64,000 bases of DNA from Candidatus Latescibacterota bacterium (GCA_963422735.1 OY730476.1:3776001-3840000), one strand, 5' to 3'; shown: positions 18,417 to 29,083, counted from the first letter of the stretch. The notes: generated from the sequence alone by a model not told the origin. Program-made: numbers and translations.

Positions 18417-19952
18417 TCACCGGGTACGCTCTTTTTGCTTGCGTAAGAAAAGGCATATCTGCTGCTGAGCCGCAAGTGAGTCTCCCATTTCTCGGTAGGC
18501 CACGGCCAAACTATAATGGGTACCGACATAGGTAGAATCGGCCCGCAAAACCGCCTTAAAATCGTCGATAGCCTCCCGAGCATTGCCCTCGCGCAGTTTG
18601 GCATTACCGAGGCCGTTTATCGCGTCGATGTAGTTTTCCTTTATCGCCAAAGCGCGCTCATAGGCAGAGCGCGCCTGCACCGGATAGTCTTTCATCAAAT
18701 AGGCGTTGCCGAGATTAAACCACGCCAGCGCATAGTCCTCGTCTAAAGTCAGGGCTTGGCGATAAGCCCTGATGGCATCGTCAACCCGCTGTAGCCGCAT
18801 ATAGGCCGTGCCTAAATTCTGCCAAGCCTGTATCTGGGCGGGATTGATCTTTAGCGAGGCTTTGTACTCCTGAGCAGCCACTTCAGCAAAACCCAACTTA
18901 GCGTAGATCACGCCCAAGTTATAGCGGGCTACGGCATCGTCGGCATGGCCTTCCAAGCGCAAACGCTGATCGCGAATGGTATCAAAATGCGGATGAATGC
19001 GCTCGAACATCTCGATCTGCTTCTGCCCTTCCTCGGCCTTTCCCTGCTTCATATACACTTTGGACAGAGTGAAGCGCGCTTCTAGGTAAGCCGGGTCAAG
19101 TTCGATGCTTCTCTCGAGTACAGCGGCCGCCTCGGCCTCTTGGCCCTGTCGGGCGAGCACCATTCCCAGCCCATTGAGTGCCTCTACAGAAGCTGAATCG
19201 CGCTCAATGGCCGCGCGAAAGGCCGCCTCCGCTTCTACGTGGTGATTCAGCCGCATGTAGATGCGCCCTAACGCCGTGCGGTAACGCGCACGCAGAGGCT
19301 CTATTTTGACGGCTTTTCTCGCCATATCCACGGCCCGTTCGCATTGCCCCATCTTGGCGCAGTACATCTCTCCGAGGCTGTAGTAAACCAGCGCGTACTC
19401 GGGGTCTATTTCCAGCGCTTGCTGCATGTGCTGGGCTGCGGTCTCGTAGTCGTGATCTCGGGCGTGCGCCATGCCCAGGTTGTAGTGGGCCGGAGCGTGA
19501 TCGGGAGCTAATTGCAACTCCTTTGCAAATGTCGCCCGCGCCCTAGCATCGTCGTCCGTGTGCAAATAGAGCTGGCCGAGATGGCGATAGGCTGCTGCGC
19601 TGTCGGGCGCAAGGGCAATGGCCTTGCGATATACGGCCAGCGCCCGTTCTAACTCGCCCTGCCGGGTCATGACCTCTCCGGCCCCCAGCAACGCACCTAC
19701 GTGCAGCGAGTCTATGTGAAAGGTCTCGCTGAAGTATCGCAGTGCTTCCCCATACACGGCGTTTTTTAAATAGAACGCCCCTAGTTCGTAGTGCGCCGCT
19801 ACGTCGCTGGAATCGGCACGAATGCGATCCAAATAACTCAGTTCTATCGCGCGCGGGTCTTCCTTTTCCTCTACAGGCACTTCTTCTATCGCGTCACCGC
19901 AGCCAAGAGCCGTTATCCAAGCCAGCCATAGCACACCGTTAGACCACTTCAC
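18417..19952 (-). CDS. TPR-repeat lipoprotein
   Basis: Lipobox TALGC; about a dozen TPRs (AHYNLGMA, ALNGLG, ARYNLG, AWQNLG, AWFNLG). Confidence 0.9.
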   Translation of the reverse strand: MKWSNGVLWLAWITALGCGDAIEEVPVEEKEDPRAIELSYLDRIRADSSDVAAHYELGAFYLKNAVYGEALRYFSETFHIDSLHVGALLGAGEVMTRQGELERALAVYRKAIALAPDSAAAYRHLGQLYLHTDDDARARATFAKELQLAPDHAPAHYNLGMAHARDHDYETAAQHMQQALEIDPEYALVYYSLGEMYCAKMGQCERAVDMARKAVKIEPLRARYRTALGRIYMRLNHHVEAEAAFRAAIERDSASVEALNGLGMVLARQGQEAEAAAVLERSIELDPAYLEARFTLSKVYMKQGKAEEGQKQIEMFERIHPHFDTIRDQRLRLEGHADDAVARYNLGVIYAKLGFAEVAAQEYKASLKINPAQIQAWQNLGTAYMRLQRVDDAIRAYRQALTLDEDYALAWFNLGNAYLMKDYPVQARSAYERALAIKENYIDAINGLGNAKLREGNAREAIDDFKAVLRADSTYVGTHYSLAVAYREMGDSLAAQQQICLFLRKQKERTR

Positions 19953-19984
19953 GTTTTCCTTTTTCGTATTCTGGTGCGCTGGTT

Positions 19985-21685
19985 CTATAGTTTTTCTGGC
20001 TCTTGGATGGTGAGGAACTGATCGGCCGCTACGTCTTGTACCACCTGCTCAACCCCACTCGGCCAGCGGATCTCCACTCTGTCCACTCGCGTGCGAGAGC
20101 CTAGGCCAAAGTGTATCCGCAGCGCATTCTGCGACAGATACGAACTGCCCGAACGCACTTCTTCGACTTGGTGTAGGTCGCCAGCCACCACTTGGATTCG
20201 CGCACCGATACCGTCGCGGTTGCTGTGGATGCCTACGGTGCGCACTGATAGCCAGTGCTGTCGGTTGCCGCCGTCGTTGCGCAGCAGCAGTCCGCGCTGG
20301 TTGTTGTTGGTCACGAACAGGTCGAGGTCGCCGTCGTTGTCGTAGTCGGCGGTAGCTGATCCGCGTCCGACCGAGGCGGTGGCCAAGCCGGGCGAGTCGG
20401 TGCTGACGTCGGTGAACGTGCCATCGCCGTTGTTGTGGAATAGCTGATCCCGCTGCGCGTAGGAAGGTCCGGCGCGGTCGATAATTTCTATATTCGGTTC
20501 GACGTGTCCGTTGACTAGGAACAGGTCGAGGTATCCGTCGTTGTCGTAGTCGAGAAAGTCCGTGCCAAAGGTCAATGTCGAGAAGGTCGGCTCGTCCAGT
20601 TTGGACTCGTGTATCCGGTCTTTAAATACACCGCCCCGCTCGTTTTTTAACAGGCGACAGTGTTCCCACTGGAAGTTGCAGACGACGAGGTCGAGGAGTC
20701 CGTCGTTGTCGTAGTCGCCAAAGTCCGTGCCCATGCCCGCCTCGGGTTTGCCGTCCGGGCTGAAGGCGACGCCAGAAGTCAGCCCAATATTGGAAAACCG
20801 CGTCCCCCCCTCGTTGCGAAAGAGGAAGTTCGGAGTCATATCGTTGGCGACAAACAGATCCGCATCGCCATCTTCGTCGTAATCGCCAAATACCACGCCG
20901 AGTTGACGACAGCGGTCGTTGTAAACGCCCATTTCTTCCGTCACGTCGGCAAACGTTTCATCCCCCTCGTTGCGGTACATAATTCCCGACGCCCCCTTGT
21001 ATTGACCGGGACCGCAGTAGACGCGTATGAAACCGTGCCTGCACTCTTTGTGGTTTTCGAAAGTAAAATCGGTATTGTTGGAAACGTAGAGGTCGAGATC
21101 GCCATCGTTGTCGATGTCGGCAAAGGCCGCGCTCATGCTCAAGCGCTCGTCGCCGATGCCGGCAGCTTCTGTCGCGTCGACAAATGAACCGTCGCCGCCA
21201 TTGCGATACAGCACATTGGCACCGAAGTTTGCGACATAGAGATCCACATGACCGTCGTTGTCGTAATCTCCCGCGCAGACACCCATGCCATACCCTTCAT
21301 CGCCGACACCTGCTTCCTCTGTTATCTCCTCGAATTTCCCATTGCCCCTGTTTCGATACAGGACATTTTTCGGCACGCGCCGCTCCAAAAAACCCGGCAA
21401 TACGGCCCCATTGACCAAGTATAGGTCTTCGTCGCCGTCGCTGTCGTAGTCTATAAAAGCCGCTCCCGAGCCATAGGTTTCTACGTAATAGAAACGACCG
21501 CTGCTGCCGTTCACATGCACAAAGTGGATGCCGGCAGCGGCAGTGGCATCGACGAATTTCGGCAGTGCATTTATAGCCAATTTGGGCTTGGACACAGTGG
21601 CTTCTGTCGATGGAGCGAGAGTTTCATTTGAGCACCCCACGATTAGTGCCATACCCCAGCTAAAGAGAACCGCAACGATGGGCAT
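19985..21685 (-). CDS. CRTAC1-family lipoprotein (FG-GAP/VCBS repeats plus ASPIC/UnbV domain)
   Basis: Repeated DYDNDG..DL motifs; C-terminal NRDGIGARI...QVEEVRSGSSYLSQ..L.IHFGLG...IRWPSG; lipobox LIVGC; start approximate. Confidence 0.92.
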   Translation of the reverse strand: MPIVAVLFSWGMALIVGCSNETLAPSTEATVSKPKLAINALPKFVDATAAAGIHFVHVNGSSGRFYYVETYGSGAAFIDYDSDGDEDLYLVNGAVLPGFLERRVPKNVLYRNRGNGKFEEITEEAGVGDEGYGMGVCAGDYDNDGHVDLYVANFGANVLYRNGGDGSFVDATEAAGIGDERLSMSAAFADIDNDGDLDLYVSNNTDFTFENHKECRHGFIRVYCGPGQYKGASGIMYRNEGDETFADVTEEMGVYNDRCRQLGVVFGDYDEDGDADLFVANDMTPNFLFRNEGGTRFSNIGLTSGVAFSPDGKPEAGMGTDFGDYDNDGLLDLVVCNFQWEHCRLLKNERGGVFKDRIHESKLDEPTFSTLTFGTDFLDYDNDGYLDLFLVNGHVEPNIEIIDRAGPSYAQRDQLFHNNGDGTFTDVSTDSPGLATASVGRGSATADYDNDGDLDLFVTNNNQRGLLLRNDGGNRQHWLSVRTVGIHSNRDGIGARIQVVAGDLHQVEEVRSGSSYLSQNALRIHFGLGSRTRVDRVEIRWPSGVEQVVQDVAADQFLTIQEPEKL

Positions 21686-21766
21686 ATATCGCGGGAAGTA
21701 TGCAGTTGATGTAATTCCATTAATTGGCGCAGGCATCAGACTGCACAAGGGCATGTTTGCTAGGCG

Positions 21767-24421
21767 TTATTGCAATCCGGCAAACATGCTCAGAAACAGC
21801 ACTAGATCCGTCGTCGTTTCGTCGCGGAAATCGCGCCGCTCCCAGCGCCCGCCGATGTTGGTCATCAAGCGATAGCCCAGATAGTCCGAGCGATTGGATA
21901 GCTGCGCAGCAATCACGAACTGTTCAAAATCGTCCACATATCCGGCGGGCAGCGGATCGGTGCGCCCGACTATGTTCCTGAAAATCTCGTACTCGATGCC
22001 GGACTCTAGGCGCATCGTGTTGATCAGTTCCTGCTGCCACACGAAGAAGAAAATTTCCGACAACTCGTTATTCTCCAATTCGTTTTCATCCGTGGGCGAG
22101 CGTTGTTTGTAGAGCTGTTTCCACCTAGGCCATAGCACGTGTTTACCCACTGGAATGGGTAGGTCCGCTTTGGTGATCAGCGCGAAGAGCTTCTCGTCCT
22201 GCCAGTTTGCTGGTTGCTGGTCTCCGCGCTGGTGATAGATTTCGTACTTCAGCTTGGTCTCCAGATTGAGCGGGGCGTATTTGCGCGTACGCGCACTCAG
22301 AAATGTGGTGTTGATCAGCGCATCTTGCGCGATCATGGGATCGACAAAGGGGCGCATATCGCCCCGCGTGCGCGGACTCTGCACCCACAGAATGATGTCT
22401 TCGGGGATATTGTCTTGGACGCTGCGAAGGCCGTTGTAGAGCTGCACCTGCAAACCGTGGCGAGGCACCTCATGAGTCAGCGTCAGCAGACCGTAGAGCG
22501 ACTTGTTGCGGCGATTGCTGCTCAGCAGCCACTCGCGCATGCGACCGACCATTATGCGGCTGCCCGGCTTGAGTTCAGCACCACTGTAGAAGTTGTAACC
22601 GCGGTGGTCGCGAGGATACGGGTAGTCCGCTTCCTCGTCGTTCTCAAAGCGGTCAATTACTGTATTGTTGTTCATGTCCGTGCCGTGGAGAAACTCCAGC
22701 GGGTCGACATCGTAGCGCACAAAGGGCTCTAGATAGTCTGGCATGCCGTTGTCGTTCTGGTTGAAGTCCGACACTAGGTCGTTGTTTTCGTCGTAACCAG
22801 GAAAGACGGCTACGTCAGCCCGCTGGATCAGCAGGCGCTCCGACGAGGAACTGCTGAAGGTGCGCCTACGCCAGTCGGGAAAGCGGTCTTGGTCGTCGTT
22901 GTCGTCTACGAATTCGTAGACGTTGTTTACGGCACTTTCGTAGTTAATGCGCCCGTTGCTGTCGGGCACGAACATAAATGTCTGATAGCCCGGGTCCATG
23001 CTAAAAATTTCGCCATAGGCAAACCACGGGTACATATTGTGCGACGCCGTTGCGTAGTAGCCCTCCGCCCTCTCTTTCCCCAGTGCTTGATTGTAGGTGA
23101 AATTCTGGTTGGGAAAGCGGCGGTATTTGCGGTTGATATTGTATTCGGCGCGCAAGTTAAACCCGCCGAAGATGTCGTCGATTTCCATGGTGAGGCCGGC
23201 GACTTCGTTGGCCGTCGGCAAGCCGTAGCTAAAGCGCACCACGCGCTGATTGGAGCCGTCTTTGATGTTTTTCTTTGCGCGGGTGACGGGCAAAAATACG
23301 GGTTCGCCCGTGTTGTTAACCTGCATATTGGAAGTGACTTCAACGGCGTAGTCGTTGGCTAGGACCAACTCGATCTCGATCTTTTTAATCTCCTTGAAGT
23401 CGATGATCTCGTCTTCGTCGGGAATGGGCGTGAAGTCGCGCTCGATGTCATAGGTAATGATGATGATGTTGCCGCCGCTAGCCTCCCAGCGCCCCTGCCG
23501 CCGGATGCCGCCGTCTACCAGTGCCCGGTCGGAAATTTCGGGATGTTCCACGCCATTTATGTACACGCGGTGCAAAAAGAGCAATGCCCCCCCTTCGCTG
23601 TCCTCGGGCGAATCGTCGGACAGACGCACTAGGAGGCGCTGCACGTTGCCCGCCTGCAGGTTGCCGCCGAGCGTGCCCTTGAGAGAATTGTTACCGAAGC
23701 TCTCCGAGCTATTCCAGTGGCCGGCGTTGACGTAGGTGGTGCCCAACTTGATAAAATCGCCGATCTGGGCCGTGCCGCGCAGGCCAAGCAGATTGGTGAA
23801 GATCGTCCGCACCGTAGCTCCTTGGTCGCGGTTGGTCGCTGTGGCCGCTAGAGCGGGGTTGTCCGTGCGCGAGGCGAGTAGCGTCAGGGCGTATTTATCG
23901 GAGAGGAAATCCCACTGCACGCCGTTGAACAGCGGTTTGGAAAAGGTCATCGGCGTCAGCGTGGTCCTTAGCTGCTCGCCCACGGTCGACGCCATGTGGT
24001 ATTGGCCCTTCGACGCCGTTGAAATGACTAGGTTATTGAACCAGTTGTTGAACTCCACGGACTTGTCGATCGCACTGCCCGTTTCCGTGGGGTGCTGCTG
24101 CTTCCACTCGTAGATCTTCCAGCCGCGCGTGATGTAACTGCCGTATATATCGTAAAAACGTTGGCCCTGCAGCACGATGTCGGTATAGCGCTCATAGCGA
24201 TCCTTGGCGTAGTTGGTGTACTCCCAGTTCTTCCACCCGTAGATATCGTAGAGCGTCTGGGGCAGATACCATTTCCGCATAGTCGGCGTGATGGTCTGGG
24301 GCGATATCCGCACCCCGCTGGTGACATAGGGGTTGAGAAAGCCCGATTGCAGGCCTTCGGCTAACACTCCACCTGCCAAAAGGCAACCCGTTAGCAGAGC
24401 ACCGAAAAACTTCCGGCCCAT
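21767..24421 (-). CDS. Large exported protein, predicted outer-membrane beta-barrel with acidic Ca-binding-like loops
   Basis: Signal peptide MGRKFFGALL..VLA; alternating beta-strand pattern; DDNDDQDRFPD, DENNDLVSDFNQNDNGMPD and DMNNNTVID motifs; ends LFLSMFAGLQ. Confidence 0.7.
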   Translation of the reverse strand: MGRKFFGALLTGCLLAGGVLAEGLQSGFLNPYVTSGVRISPQTITPTMRKWYLPQTLYDIYGWKNWEYTNYAKDRYERYTDIVLQGQRFYDIYGSYITRGWKIYEWKQQHPTETGSAIDKSVEFNNWFNNLVISTASKGQYHMASTVGEQLRTTLTPMTFSKPLFNGVQWDFLSDKYALTLLASRTDNPALAATATNRDQGATVRTIFTNLLGLRGTAQIGDFIKLGTTYVNAGHWNSSESFGNNSLKGTLGGNLQAGNVQRLLVRLSDDSPEDSEGGALLFLHRVYINGVEHPEISDRALVDGGIRRQGRWEASGGNIIIITYDIERDFTPIPDEDEIIDFKEIKKIEIELVLANDYAVEVTSNMQVNNTGEPVFLPVTRAKKNIKDGSNQRVVRFSYGLPTANEVAGLTMEIDDIFGGFNLRAEYNINRKYRRFPNQNFTYNQALGKERAEGYYATASHNMYPWFAYGEIFSMDPGYQTFMFVPDSNGRINYESAVNNVYEFVDDNDDQDRFPDWRRRTFSSSSSERLLIQRADVAVFPGYDENNDLVSDFNQNDNGMPDYLEPFVRYDVDPLEFLHGTDMNNNTVIDRFENDEEADYPYPRDHRGYNFYSGAELKPGSRIMVGRMREWLLSSNRRNKSLYGLLTLTHEVPRHGLQVQLYNGLRSVQDNIPEDIILWVQSPRTRGDMRPFVDPMIAQDALINTTFLSARTRKYAPLNLETKLKYEIYHQRGDQQPANWQDEKLFALITKADLPIPVGKHVLWPRWKQLYKQRSPTDENELENNELSEIFFFVWQQELINTMRLESGIEYEIFRNIVGRTDPLPAGYVDDFEQFVIAAQLSNRSDYLGYRLMTNIGGRWERRDFRDETTTDLVLFLSMFAGLQ

Positions 24422-24472
24422 TTGTTCCCTCCCTTTTTTACCGCTGCGCAACACGTACTGTTTAATTATTAA

Positions 24473-24776
24473 CTGATGTTACGCCGTCGTATCGTCAGCG
24501 GCTTCCTGCCGCCCTCTCTATGGCCTTCCCGCGTACGCGGAAATCCAGCAGACAGTTCCGTGTCGGCGAGGACGCTTTGTGCGTCCTTCCCGCGCACGAT
24601 GCGGACCCCCGTCTGCCCGGGGACAGGCTTGGGCGCACTCCGTCGCATCGTCGCGTCGCTCAGCGGTTCGACGGAACGCACCCAAGCCCGAACCGCCGAG
24701 GGGTACGCTGGATGCCGGCTTATCACGCCTTACGGCACGGTGAAGCGCAGGCAGAATAAAAGCTGCGTAACATCAG
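24473..24776. mobile_element. Non-autonomous MITE, 304 bp
   Basis: TIR CTGATGTTACGC (24473-24484) / GCGTAACATCAG (24765-24776); direct repeat TTATTAA at 24466-24472 and 24777-24783; no transposase. Confidence 0.85.
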
Positions 24777-24779
24777 TTA

Positions 24780-27092
24780 TTAATAGGCCAAGCTAATGGT
24801 GCGATATACCGACTGATCTCCAGAGTCGGCTTCCATCTGGATGCGGCAGATATATACACCCGGCGGCAAAACCGCTCCCGCATCGTCCCGGCCATCCCAC
24901 GCGAAACCCGCGGTGCCTCGGTCGAGCGTCCGCAGACGAGATCCGGTCAGGTCGTATATATCCACGTTGGGATCGCCCTCGATTTGGACCACGATAAAGT
25001 TGATTTGCGCCTCGTCATTTACTCCATCGCCGTTGGGCGTAACGACCGGAGTCACCTGCACATTGCGGAGCAAGCTCCCACCAGCCACGTCGGGCACAAA
25101 AACGATCATAGCGCGCGGCTCTAAGGGTTCGACGCCTTGGCGCACATTCCGCTGTCTGTCCCCTGCCCAGGCTTCAAAGAGGGTGGCATTGGTCGTTATC
25201 TGCGCGGCAAACTGTACTTCCACCGAATCCTCCCGCACCCGCTCCGGTAGTCCGATTCTTAGCAGCCCGTCCGCTAGTTTAACTTCCTTCGGCTGCACAC
25301 TCTGTCCGCCGACTCGTACGCCAACTCCTTGCACATCGCCCGGCACTTGGATGAAGACCTCGTCAAAGCCTTGGTCGTTGCGCTCAAAGGCCGGTTGCAG
25401 CAAATACGTAAAGTGCTGCAGCGAATCTAGGACGACCTCGCGCGGCAATATGCGTGCGGCAATGCCACCACTGACGAGCGGATCGTCGAATTCCAGAGTC
25501 AGGGAGCGCAGTACCGGCGTTAGTTGCGGATCGTTGTTGGCTAGGCGAACCTGTAGTTGCAGAAATTGTCTGGGCGTAGGCGAGAGGAATGCCTCTGCGG
25601 GAAAATCATAGGGGTGACTCCAGCCGCTCCAATCCGGCCCTTTGAGCTTGATGGTGTCGATGCGCCCGCGTACGCTCTTGGGCAGCTTACCAAAACGAGC
25701 CGAATCCAATTCCGTGCCGTTCTTGTGGTAATACTTCTTTTGCCGTTCAAAGGTATTGCCCGTCTGCGAGCGAATTTCGATATGTGTGCCGGCGGGTAAA
25801 TCGGCGTCCCACGACAGCTTGCGTACGCTCTTCATGGATCCTAGGTCAATGAAATCCGACACCATTTCCGTCGCCGCCACGTGCCCCTCGCCGTAGAGCA
25901 GGTATTCAAAAACCGACTGGCGGATCTGCAGGCGCGTCGGAATGCCGCTGCGGTGGTAGAAGAGATAGCGGATTTTTCGCGGCGGGAATGCAAAGTGATA
26001 CGACTGTTGAAAGGGCAGTATATCGTTGAATACGTCGCTGAGTTCTTGGTAGTCGAAATTGCTGCGGATGCGATCGCTGGTCAGGCCGCTGGCCGGCGTG
26101 CCGTCCGAGGTGGTGAGGATAAATAGCTTGGCCCCGTTGGAGTAGGAGCCACGAGACCCCTCTTCGACAGTCAGGTCTAGGTGGGAAAGGTGGTCTACCC
26201 AGAGCGTGGCACCCAGATCCCATTCGAACCAATCGCCGTCTTCGACGTAGGTCCTGAGATTGCCCTCCTTGGCTTGGTCGCCACCGACGGCAACTCGCCA
26301 GTTGGTATTGACATCCCCGTCGAAGATCATACCGATCTTATCTCCGCTCCGCCCCGCTCGCACCGCTCCGCCCCGTTCCACCGTACCTATGGCGAGATTA
26401 TCTCCCAGGGCATCCACTTCGATCTCAGCCAGTGCCGCTCCCGGGTTCTTTTCTGTGGGCACTAGGCGCACGTGGTGGACGAGGGCAAAATCCAGCGTGT
26501 CCTGCTCTATGAGATGTTCTCCGCTGGCCAGACCGAACTCAATTCGTTTTAGATCGACCTCAAAAACGCGCTCTACATTGGGAATCGTGGTGACAGCGAC
26601 CGGGTTGTAGGTTACGCCAAAACGCGTATCTACTCCGTTGCTTATATAAGCCGTGAAATTGCGAAAGGGCTTGGCGTCGAGCGTGTCTGGAAAGACAAGG
26701 CGCAAATTGTGCGCCAATACCGGCCGGCCGAGGTCGATTTCGATCCACCAATCTTCCAACGGATCGTCGGCGGACGGCTGCCACCAAGTCGATGGGTCTT
26801 GGTCAATGATATTAGCCGCATCTTGGGGGTTTGAATGGACTTGGTGGATGCCTCCAAAAACCTGTTTCTTGCCCTCGCTATGGGAAAACTCTGCGGCATT
26901 GGCTACGGCATTTATATCGCGGCGCATCCACGCTAGGCTGATGCTGCCGTCGTCGGCAATTTCCAACGTGCCCTTGGGAATGGTCCACGTCTGCCAGTCC
27001 GCCGGGCTGCTCAGGCGCAGCTCGGCGGACTGGGCACCTGCTGCACACAGAGTGGCGACGAGCAAAATACGAATCGCAGCGAATTTTCTCAT
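24780..27092 (-). CDS. Secreted protein with discoidin-like modules and C-terminal FlgD-Ig/CHU_C-like domain (paralogue 3)
   Basis: Signal peptide MRKFAAIR..AQS; WWIEIDLG and WFEWDLG discoidin-like strands; VTPNGDGVND..IYDLTG..WDGRDDAG.VLPPGVY..ISLAY. Confidence 0.85.
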   Translation of the reverse strand: MRKFAAIRILLVATLCAAGAQSAELRLSSPADWQTWTIPKGTLEIADDGSISLAWMRRDINAVANAAEFSHSEGKKQVFGGIHQVHSNPQDAANIIDQDPSTWWQPSADDPLEDWWIEIDLGRPVLAHNLRLVFPDTLDAKPFRNFTAYISNGVDTRFGVTYNPVAVTTIPNVERVFEVDLKRIEFGLASGEHLIEQDTLDFALVHHVRLVPTEKNPGAALAEIEVDALGDNLAIGTVERGGAVRAGRSGDKIGMIFDGDVNTNWRVAVGGDQAKEGNLRTYVEDGDWFEWDLGATLWVDHLSHLDLTVEEGSRGSYSNGAKLFILTTSDGTPASGLTSDRIRSNFDYQELSDVFNDILPFQQSYHFAFPPRKIRYLFYHRSGIPTRLQIRQSVFEYLLYGEGHVAATEMVSDFIDLGSMKSVRKLSWDADLPAGTHIEIRSQTGNTFERQKKYYHKNGTELDSARFGKLPKSVRGRIDTIKLKGPDWSGWSHPYDFPAEAFLSPTPRQFLQLQVRLANNDPQLTPVLRSLTLEFDDPLVSGGIAARILPREVVLDSLQHFTYLLQPAFERNDQGFDEVFIQVPGDVQGVGVRVGGQSVQPKEVKLADGLLRIGLPERVREDSVEVQFAAQITTNATLFEAWAGDRQRNVRQGVEPLEPRAMIVFVPDVAGGSLLRNVQVTPVVTPNGDGVNDEAQINFIVVQIEGDPNVDIYDLTGSRLRTLDRGTAGFAWDGRDDAGAVLPPGVYICRIQMEADSGDQSVYRTISLAY

Positions 27093-27133
27093 GGTACATC
27101 CTTGGAAGCGTTTAGAACACATACGCAACGCGT

Positions 27134-29083
27134 TTAGTAGGCCACCGCAATGGTGCGCGTGCGCGTGAAGGCACCCGCGTCTGTCTCGACAGAAAGTCGG
27201 GCGAGGTATAGGCCCGGAGCCACGCGCCCCGTCCCCTCTCCCCGTCCATCCCATTCTTCGACATAACGCCCTTCGCTTCTGGAATCGGCCGATAGCGTTC
27301 GCACTTTGCGTCCGCGCAAATCGTAGATTTCAAAGACCACTTGGCTGGCCTGTACGCCCAGTAGTGAATAGGCCAGTTCAAGCATGTCGTTGCGCCCATC
27401 GCCATTCGGCGTCACTACGGTCGATCCCACGTCTAATGCTCTCAGCACATCTAACTCCTCTCTCAGTGCCAGCACCTCGATGGAATTGGTCGATACCTCT
27501 GCGTTGGCATCTCCGGGGTCGATAGATTGGGGCTGTCCTTCTCCCCCCACGACAAACACTTCGCCCTGAAACAGAGCGTTAAAACTGAAGATGCCCGTTT
27601 TGAACAGCAGCCGCAGCGGTCTATTGTCTTCGGCCGCGATGCGGTTGGACGGAAAATAGACGATTAACTCACCCTGTTTTTCCGCGATGCTGTCGGGCTC
27701 CACAGCGACCAAGGGGTCGCCCATTTCCAATCCTATAAACTGGACTCGGGTCGGGGTTTGCAGCCTTAAAGCATCAAAACCCGACTTGGTCGCCGACTCA
27801 AACTCGGCCCGCACGTCAAAAGTGAAAATACGCTCCTCGCCCAAGGGCACTTCCGTCTTGCGCCCGAGCGGCTGTGGTTCGCCCTGTAATGCGACCTCTC
27901 CGATGACCGCATCGACCAGCAGAGGTGAGTATTCTACGACCAGCGAATCCATGCGGCTATAGGTGAACAAATCATCGCTCTCCATCGTGAAGTTGACTTT
28001 GATATACTGCCGATTATCCGGCGAAAGGATCTCTATGCCCTCGCCTCCAGACGCTTTTTGCGGCACCGACCAGAAGCTCCAGTTGTCCACATCGGGCCGC
28101 TCCGGCCCTCGGGCTCCAGGGCGCACATAATCGTCGCGCGGTGCTTTATTCCATTCGGCAAAACTCACTTCGCGCTCTGTCCTCAGCTCGGTATAGATGC
28201 TGTAGACCTGTGGCGTATCGTCCCGGCCGGTCTGGGTTTCCAGCGAAAAGAAGATGGGATTTTCTGCCAAAAGTTCGGGTTCGCTGTCTATGCTCTCTTT
28301 GGAAAACCCGTTGAAATAAGGTATGATCCGCCCGAAGTTGACCGGCTTGCCGATGTCGATCACCTTGGAGATGTATTGCGATTTTTGCACAAAACCCTCG
28401 CCATAAAACTCCACCTCGGCAATGACGCCTAGTTCCGGGAAGTTTAAGAAAATGAACTGTAGGGGCTGGGTGGGAAAACGAGCATTGGCGATGCGCGTGG
28501 TTTGGTTGAGATTCTGCTCCAGTAAAAGGTCAAAACGCCCTTGCTTGAAGTGCTCTCCATCAATTGCGGCCCAAACTTCATACAGCTTGGGATAGGCGTT
28601 TTTGAGTGGCAAACCCGGCGTGATCCGCTTGCGGTCGTCGGTCTGTGTGCGTCCTTCTGCCGGAGAAAAAAAGCGGAGGCGGTTGATGGGCAATTCCCAA
28701 CCTAGGTTGTAGTAATAATAGCCGGAGACAATGGCCACTGAGCGGGTCGTGTCGCCATCTACTGTATATATAAAGCCGTTATCTCCCAGGACCTCGGGCT
28801 GACCGGGAACGAGGCGTGCGGCCTGCATCCCGCCCCGCTCTCCCCCCCAGGGATTGCCGAAGACATCGGCGCGCGAGCTGCCCTTCTTCTCGCCCAGCGC
28901 GATATTGACATCTGGGTCCAATTCGTAGGGCTGCAGACTGCCGTTCACGACCCACATGCCGCCCATCAACTCGGCTAGTTCTTCCCAGCCTTTATCTCCT
29001 ATGCCCAGCACCAATCGCTCTACCTGTGCCTCTGCAAAACAAGGGGCTAAAAGCAAAAGAGCTAGTGCTACTTTGTGCTTCAT
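27134..29083 (-). CDS. Secreted protein with C-terminal FlgD-Ig/CHU_C-like domain (paralogue 2)
   Basis: Signal peptide MKHKVALALL..AEA; AEVEFYGEGFV, WSFWSVP; VTPNGDGRND..IYDLRGR..WDGRG..VAPGLY..IAVAY. Confidence 0.85.
   Translation of the reverse strand: MKHKVALALLLLAPCFAEAQVERLVLGIGDKGWEELAELMGGMWVVNGSLQPYELDPDVNIALGEKKGSSRADVFGNPWGGERGGMQAARLVPGQPEVLGDNGFIYTVDGDTTRSVAIVSGYYYYNLGWELPINRLRFFSPAEGRTQTDDRKRITPGLPLKNAYPKLYEVWAAIDGEHFKQGRFDLLLEQNLNQTTRIANARFPTQPLQFIFLNFPELGVIAEVEFYGEGFVQKSQYISKVIDIGKPVNFGRIIPYFNGFSKESIDSEPELLAENPIFFSLETQTGRDDTPQVYSIYTELRTEREVSFAEWNKAPRDDYVRPGARGPERPDVDNWSFWSVPQKASGGEGIEILSPDNRQYIKVNFTMESDDLFTYSRMDSLVVEYSPLLVDAVIGEVALQGEPQPLGRKTEVPLGEERIFTFDVRAEFESATKSGFDALRLQTPTRVQFIGLEMGDPLVAVEPDSIAEKQGELIVYFPSNRIAAEDNRPLRLLFKTGIFSFNALFQGEVFVVGGEGQPQSIDPGDANAEVSTNSIEVLALREELDVLRALDVGSTVVTPNGDGRNDMLELAYSLLGVQASQVVFEIYDLRGRKVRTLSADSRSEGRYVEEWDGRGEGTGRVAPGLYLARLSVETDAGAFTRTRTIAVAY

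Noticed and set aside
24469-24796. Short ORFs inside the MITE
   Set aside because: No transposase motifs or RBS; better explained as non-coding palindromic sequence
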